Origin: a virus
Lineage: Duplodnaviria; Caudoviricetes
Length of the DNA: 57,627 bases
Reading direction: 5' to 3' (one strand)
IMG/VR virus record: IMGVR_UViG_3300031702_000006
Location: 1 to 57,627 of that record
The notes under the pieces are model-generated. The model saw only the letters and a program-made list of their open reading frames with translations, did not search any database and was not told the DNA's origin. Positions 54,787-57,627 of this stretch are shown in pieces. The position numbers and the translations under genes are program-made. Positions within the stretch are counted from its first letter, which is position 1. Each line of letters begins with the position of its first letter.

Positions 54787-55074
54787 ATGACAGACAAACA
54801 AATGGATGATCTAGCAGTGCGTGTAGCTACTAAAGTTATCAAAGCTATATTCAATATATCATCAGAAGTTCATCTAGTCTTCGATGGCAAAGAAAACCCA
54901 GATGACTTAATGATCAATGATACAGAAGATCTAGCAAGACAATCAATAGAGCTAGAACTTATAAGGTTGCAAAGCCTACTAGATAGATACATACAAGAAG
55001 AGGCTTTCGAAAAAGCACACATAATAAAAAGAAAAATACAAAAACTAAATGATGAATATGACGGATTTAATTAA
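54787..55074 (+). CDS. UVR (UvrB/UvrC) motif protein
   Basis: LDRYIQEEAFEKAHIIKRKIQKL matches the UVR helical hairpin. Confidence 0.65.
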   Translation: MTDKQMDDLAVRVATKVIKAIFNISSEVHLVFDGKENPDDLMINDTEDLARQSIELELIRLQSLLDRYIQEEAFEKAHIIKRKIQKLNDEYDGFN

Positions 55075-55900
55075 ACAAGGTAAATTTGCAATGCTTGCAT
55101 TCGCACAACAAAAAAAAGCAATTGATTGGCAACAACAGTTGTTCTTACAACCTAAACTCGATGGCGTACGTTGCTTGTTCACAAAGCAAGGTGCATACAG
55201 TCGCAGCGGTAAAAAGTTCAAAAACGTACAGCATCTACGTCGTGAGCTTAAACCTTTCTTCGCGGCTAATCCTAATCTAGTACTAGATGGCGAATTATAC
55301 AACCACGATTACAAAGACAACTTCAACAAGATTATATCTATTGTTCGTCAAGGTAAACCAACGGCTAACCAAACTCTAATACAGTTTCACTGCTATGACA
55401 TTGTGTCACCTTACTACGCATCCGCCCCTTACTCTGTTCGCGCAGAAGGCATTGCTCACTACTTTAAAACATATAATCTAACCTATTGTCACACTGTACC
55501 ATCAGTTCCAGTTACAAACAAAGGCTTAGCTGTTATCAATAACAATATCAACCTTAAAGCAGGCTACGAAGGCTCTATACTACGTACAAACTTACCTTAT
55601 GAAAACAAACGATCAAACAACTTACTCAAATTCAAAGCTTTCCAAGACACAGAAGCAACAATCACTGGCTTTGTCGAAGGCAAAGGTAAGCGAAGCGGTA
55701 CTATTGGCAAATTCATGGCTATTGATAGCAATGGTATTACTTTTGGCATGCCTGTCATGGAAAATTATGACATCATGCGTACTATGTTTGCCAACGCTAA
55801 TGATTATGTCGGCAAAGTAGCAACGTTCACTTTCTTCCAAAAAACTCCAGCAGGTTCTTATCGTCACCCGCTATTCAAAGCTATACGTAACTATGAATAA
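55058..55900 (+). CDS. lig: ATP-dependent DNA ligase (minimal)
   Basis: QPKLDGVRC adenylation motif, LDGELY, YEGSILR, LLKFK, RHPLF; exact start uncertain (55049-55058). Confidence 0.93.
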   Translation: MTDLIKQGKFAMLAFAQQKKAIDWQQQLFLQPKLDGVRCLFTKQGAYSRSGKKFKNVQHLRRELKPFFAANPNLVLDGELYNHDYKDNFNKIISIVRQGKPTANQTLIQFHCYDIVSPYYASAPYSVRAEGIAHYFKTYNLTYCHTVPSVPVTNKGLAVINNNINLKAGYEGSILRTNLPYENKRSNNLLKFKAFQDTEATITGFVEGKGKRSGTIGKFMAIDSNGITFGMPVMENYDIMRTMFANANDYVGKVATFTFFQKTPAGSYRHPLFKAIRNYE

Positions 55901-56065
55901 ACCGTTAGTAGATAGCACATGGAACTGTTTGTGCGGAGCTTTAAACGCAGGATATAAAGAAACCTGTGGTAAATGTAATAAAACAAAAACAAATGAGCGT
56001 AAGACTATTTAAACACATTACTGAAACAAACCTATTTAATATTAACCTTAAACGTAAAAGAAAAG

Positions 56066-56281
56066 ATGACAATAAAGTTCGGAAACAACAAAATCCTGTG
56101 CACTCGAAGAAGAGATCATAAAGCTTATCTTTGGAATGAGATATATACTCTTAGACAAGATATAATAGATGACGTGATGCTTGCCGCGAGAAACGACAAA
56201 TCACTTGATGAACCAGAATTAAAAAGAAAAGCTATGTTAATCAGAAAATATAGCCGTAGACTAAAAACCATTTCAATTTGA
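56066..56281 (+). CDS. hypothetical protein
   Basis: ORF track. Confidence 0.6.
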   Translation: MTIKFGNNKILCTRRRDHKAYLWNEIYTLRQDIIDDVMLAARNDKSLDEPELKRKAMLIRKYSRRLKTISI

Positions 56282-56284
56282 AAT

Positions 56285-56330
56285 GTGACACTAGGCTACT
56301 AATCAAAGAAGAGTAACAGGCTAATGTCAC
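56285..56330. repeat. operator-like element, copy 2, overlapping the start codon of the HTH gene
   Basis: GTGACACT-N21-TAACAGGCTAATGTCAC. Confidence 0.75.
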
Positions 56331-56941
56331 ACCGAAACATAGAACATTTAAACAATAATCGTATTATATACAGAAGACTACCTGTGTTAGATAAACCTAG
56401 TCATTCATTTGACTGGGGTTATTACTTTGAAGATGGTACGCATGAGTTTTATGATTTATTTAGAAGTAAAGCATTGATAAACACATACAAATCTTTAAGA
56501 TGGCACTTAAGAGTTATATGGCATTTAAATCCTGAGTTGACGCTTGATAAGTTTATTAACTTATGTAAGTTCATAGCAGATAAAAACAACGGATTTACTA
56601 CATTCACAATAAAGCCAGACAAATTACTGCATGTAATAAACGATATTAACAAATCAGATTTAGAAGAACCTCCTAATAATAAAGAAAGAAAAATAATATT
56701 TAAAGATTATTGCGGTCTTGATACTGAAGCGAAGCTAAAAGTAGTTGGCTCATTAAGCGGTAGAAGAAGTACAACTAGTGAGACCGATATATACGAGGCT
56801 ATGTTAATCATCAATCACAATAATAAGCGGATAACTATGCCTAGTTTGGCGAGCATGTTGAAATGCTCAGTAAGAACAATACACAGAAAAATGAATGATA
56901 AATTAAAACAAGAAAAAACAATTTTAAATGAAAAAGTATAA
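56324..56941 (+). CDS. C-terminal HTH DNA-binding protein (replication-initiator-like)
   Basis: ITMPSLASMLKCSVRTIHRKM helix-turn-helix. Confidence 0.7.
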   Translation: MSHRNIEHLNNNRIIYRRLPVLDKPSHSFDWGYYFEDGTHEFYDLFRSKALINTYKSLRWHLRVIWHLNPELTLDKFINLCKFIADKNNGFTTFTIKPDKLLHVINDINKSDLEEPPNNKERKIIFKDYCGLDTEAKLKVVGSLSGRRSTTSETDIYEAMLIINHNNKRITMPSLASMLKCSVRTIHRKMNDKLKQEKTILNEKV

Positions 56942-57627
56942 CGTACAAAACTATATAAGGTACAAAGAGGATGTTAAAATATCTCAGCCTAATTTAAAAG
57001 ATCTTACTGGTTATACTAGAGACGAACTTATAGTTAAATTTCTACCTTTAGTAGAAAACATAGCACGTAAGTTTTCAACCACTCAGCAAGCATCTGGCGT
57101 GATGACTATAACAGATCTAATTCAAGAAGGCAGTGCTGGTTTAATAAAATCAGTAGACAAGCTAGACTATGATATGCTAGGCGAGTCAGAAGACAAAGAA
57201 AAAACTCTTAAATCTTTCTTTTCAAAGAGAATTAAAGGATCTATTAGAAGAGCTGTAGATACTAACAGAGGCGATATAAGAATACCAGAGCATAAGATGA
57301 ATGAGATTCGCAAGAATCCTAATGATGAAGCTATGGTAAGCATGTTCTTTAATAGTATATTCTTAAGTATAGACTCTAAGCCTTATGATGACGATGAAGA
57401 TTTAACGTATCAAGTTCCTGATAATTCAGAGCCATACAATATAGCTCTAATGAATTCGTATTTAAAAGGTTTAATGCAAAAGCATTTAAATAAAAACGAA
57501 TATGAAGTACTTAGATTATCTTATGGATTAGACTGTGATAAGCATTCGGCAAAAGAAATTGCGTTCCTTTTAAACATCAAAGGAGCAAGCGATTACGTAA
57601 GAATATCAGAGCTAAAGAAGCAAGCTG
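56928..57627 (+). CDS. sigma-70 family RNA polymerase sigma factor (3' truncated, absent from ORF track)
   Basis: hand-translated: LIVKFLPLVENIARKF, DLIQEGSAGLIKSVDK, IRRAVD...IRIPEH, region 4 LNKNEYEVLRLSYGL...SAKEIA. Confidence 0.92.
   Translation, partial: MKKYNVQNYIRYKEDVKISQPNLKDLTGYTRDELIVKFLPLVENIARKFSTTQQASGVMTITDLIQEGSAGLIKSVDKLDYDMLGESEDKEKTLKSFFSKRIKGSIRRAVDTNRGDIRIPEHKMNEIRKNPNDEAMVSMFFNSIFLSIDSKPYDDDEDLTYQVPDNSEPYNIALMNSYLKGLMQKHLNKNEYEVLRLSYGLDCDKHSAKEIAFLLNIKGASDYVRISELKKQA

Noticed and set aside
50714-56652. Minus-strand ORFs in the early region
   Set aside because: Antisense to promoter-linked + strand ORFs, with low-complexity Phe/Leu-rich translations
1-57627. Stop-codon reassignment or prophage status
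   Set aside because: Core genes are intact in the standard code, no suppressor tRNA, and no integrase, repressor module or host genes

Overview
Large partial genome of a lytic, AT-rich tailed phage with podovirus-type architecture. The host is most likely a marine Bacteroidota/Flavobacteriia (inferred from AT-rich leaders lacking Shine-Dalgarno sites and crAss/Cellulophaga-phage-like gene order). There are three blocks. (1) 1-5136 (+): nucleotide metabolism, including a MazG-like pyrophosphatase, an endonuclease I-like nuclease, nrdB and nrdA. (2) 5240-50107 (-): late genes, including tail fibres, GroEL/GroES, small basic proteins, holin, terminase, portal, scaffold, major capsid, tail ring/nozzle proteins, three ejection proteins (one a 2428-aa polyvalent protein) and an M15 endolysin. 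(3) 50607-57627 (+): early region of small ORFs, tRNA-Gly, tRNA-Gln, two tRNA-like RNAs, DNA ligase, an HTH protein and a sigma-70-like gene cut by the window edge. DNA polymerase and primase are not in the window. The main hypothesis is a sigma-factor cascade without a phage RNA polymerase. The giant virion protein holds a zincin motif, repeated LKFS linkers and an embedded sigma region-2-like domain. The early region carries seven copies of TACAAA[GC]TAA[AG]TACGA-N8-GGATAATA, and the late block carries a second promoter-like motif. All calls are by eye; no database searches were run.
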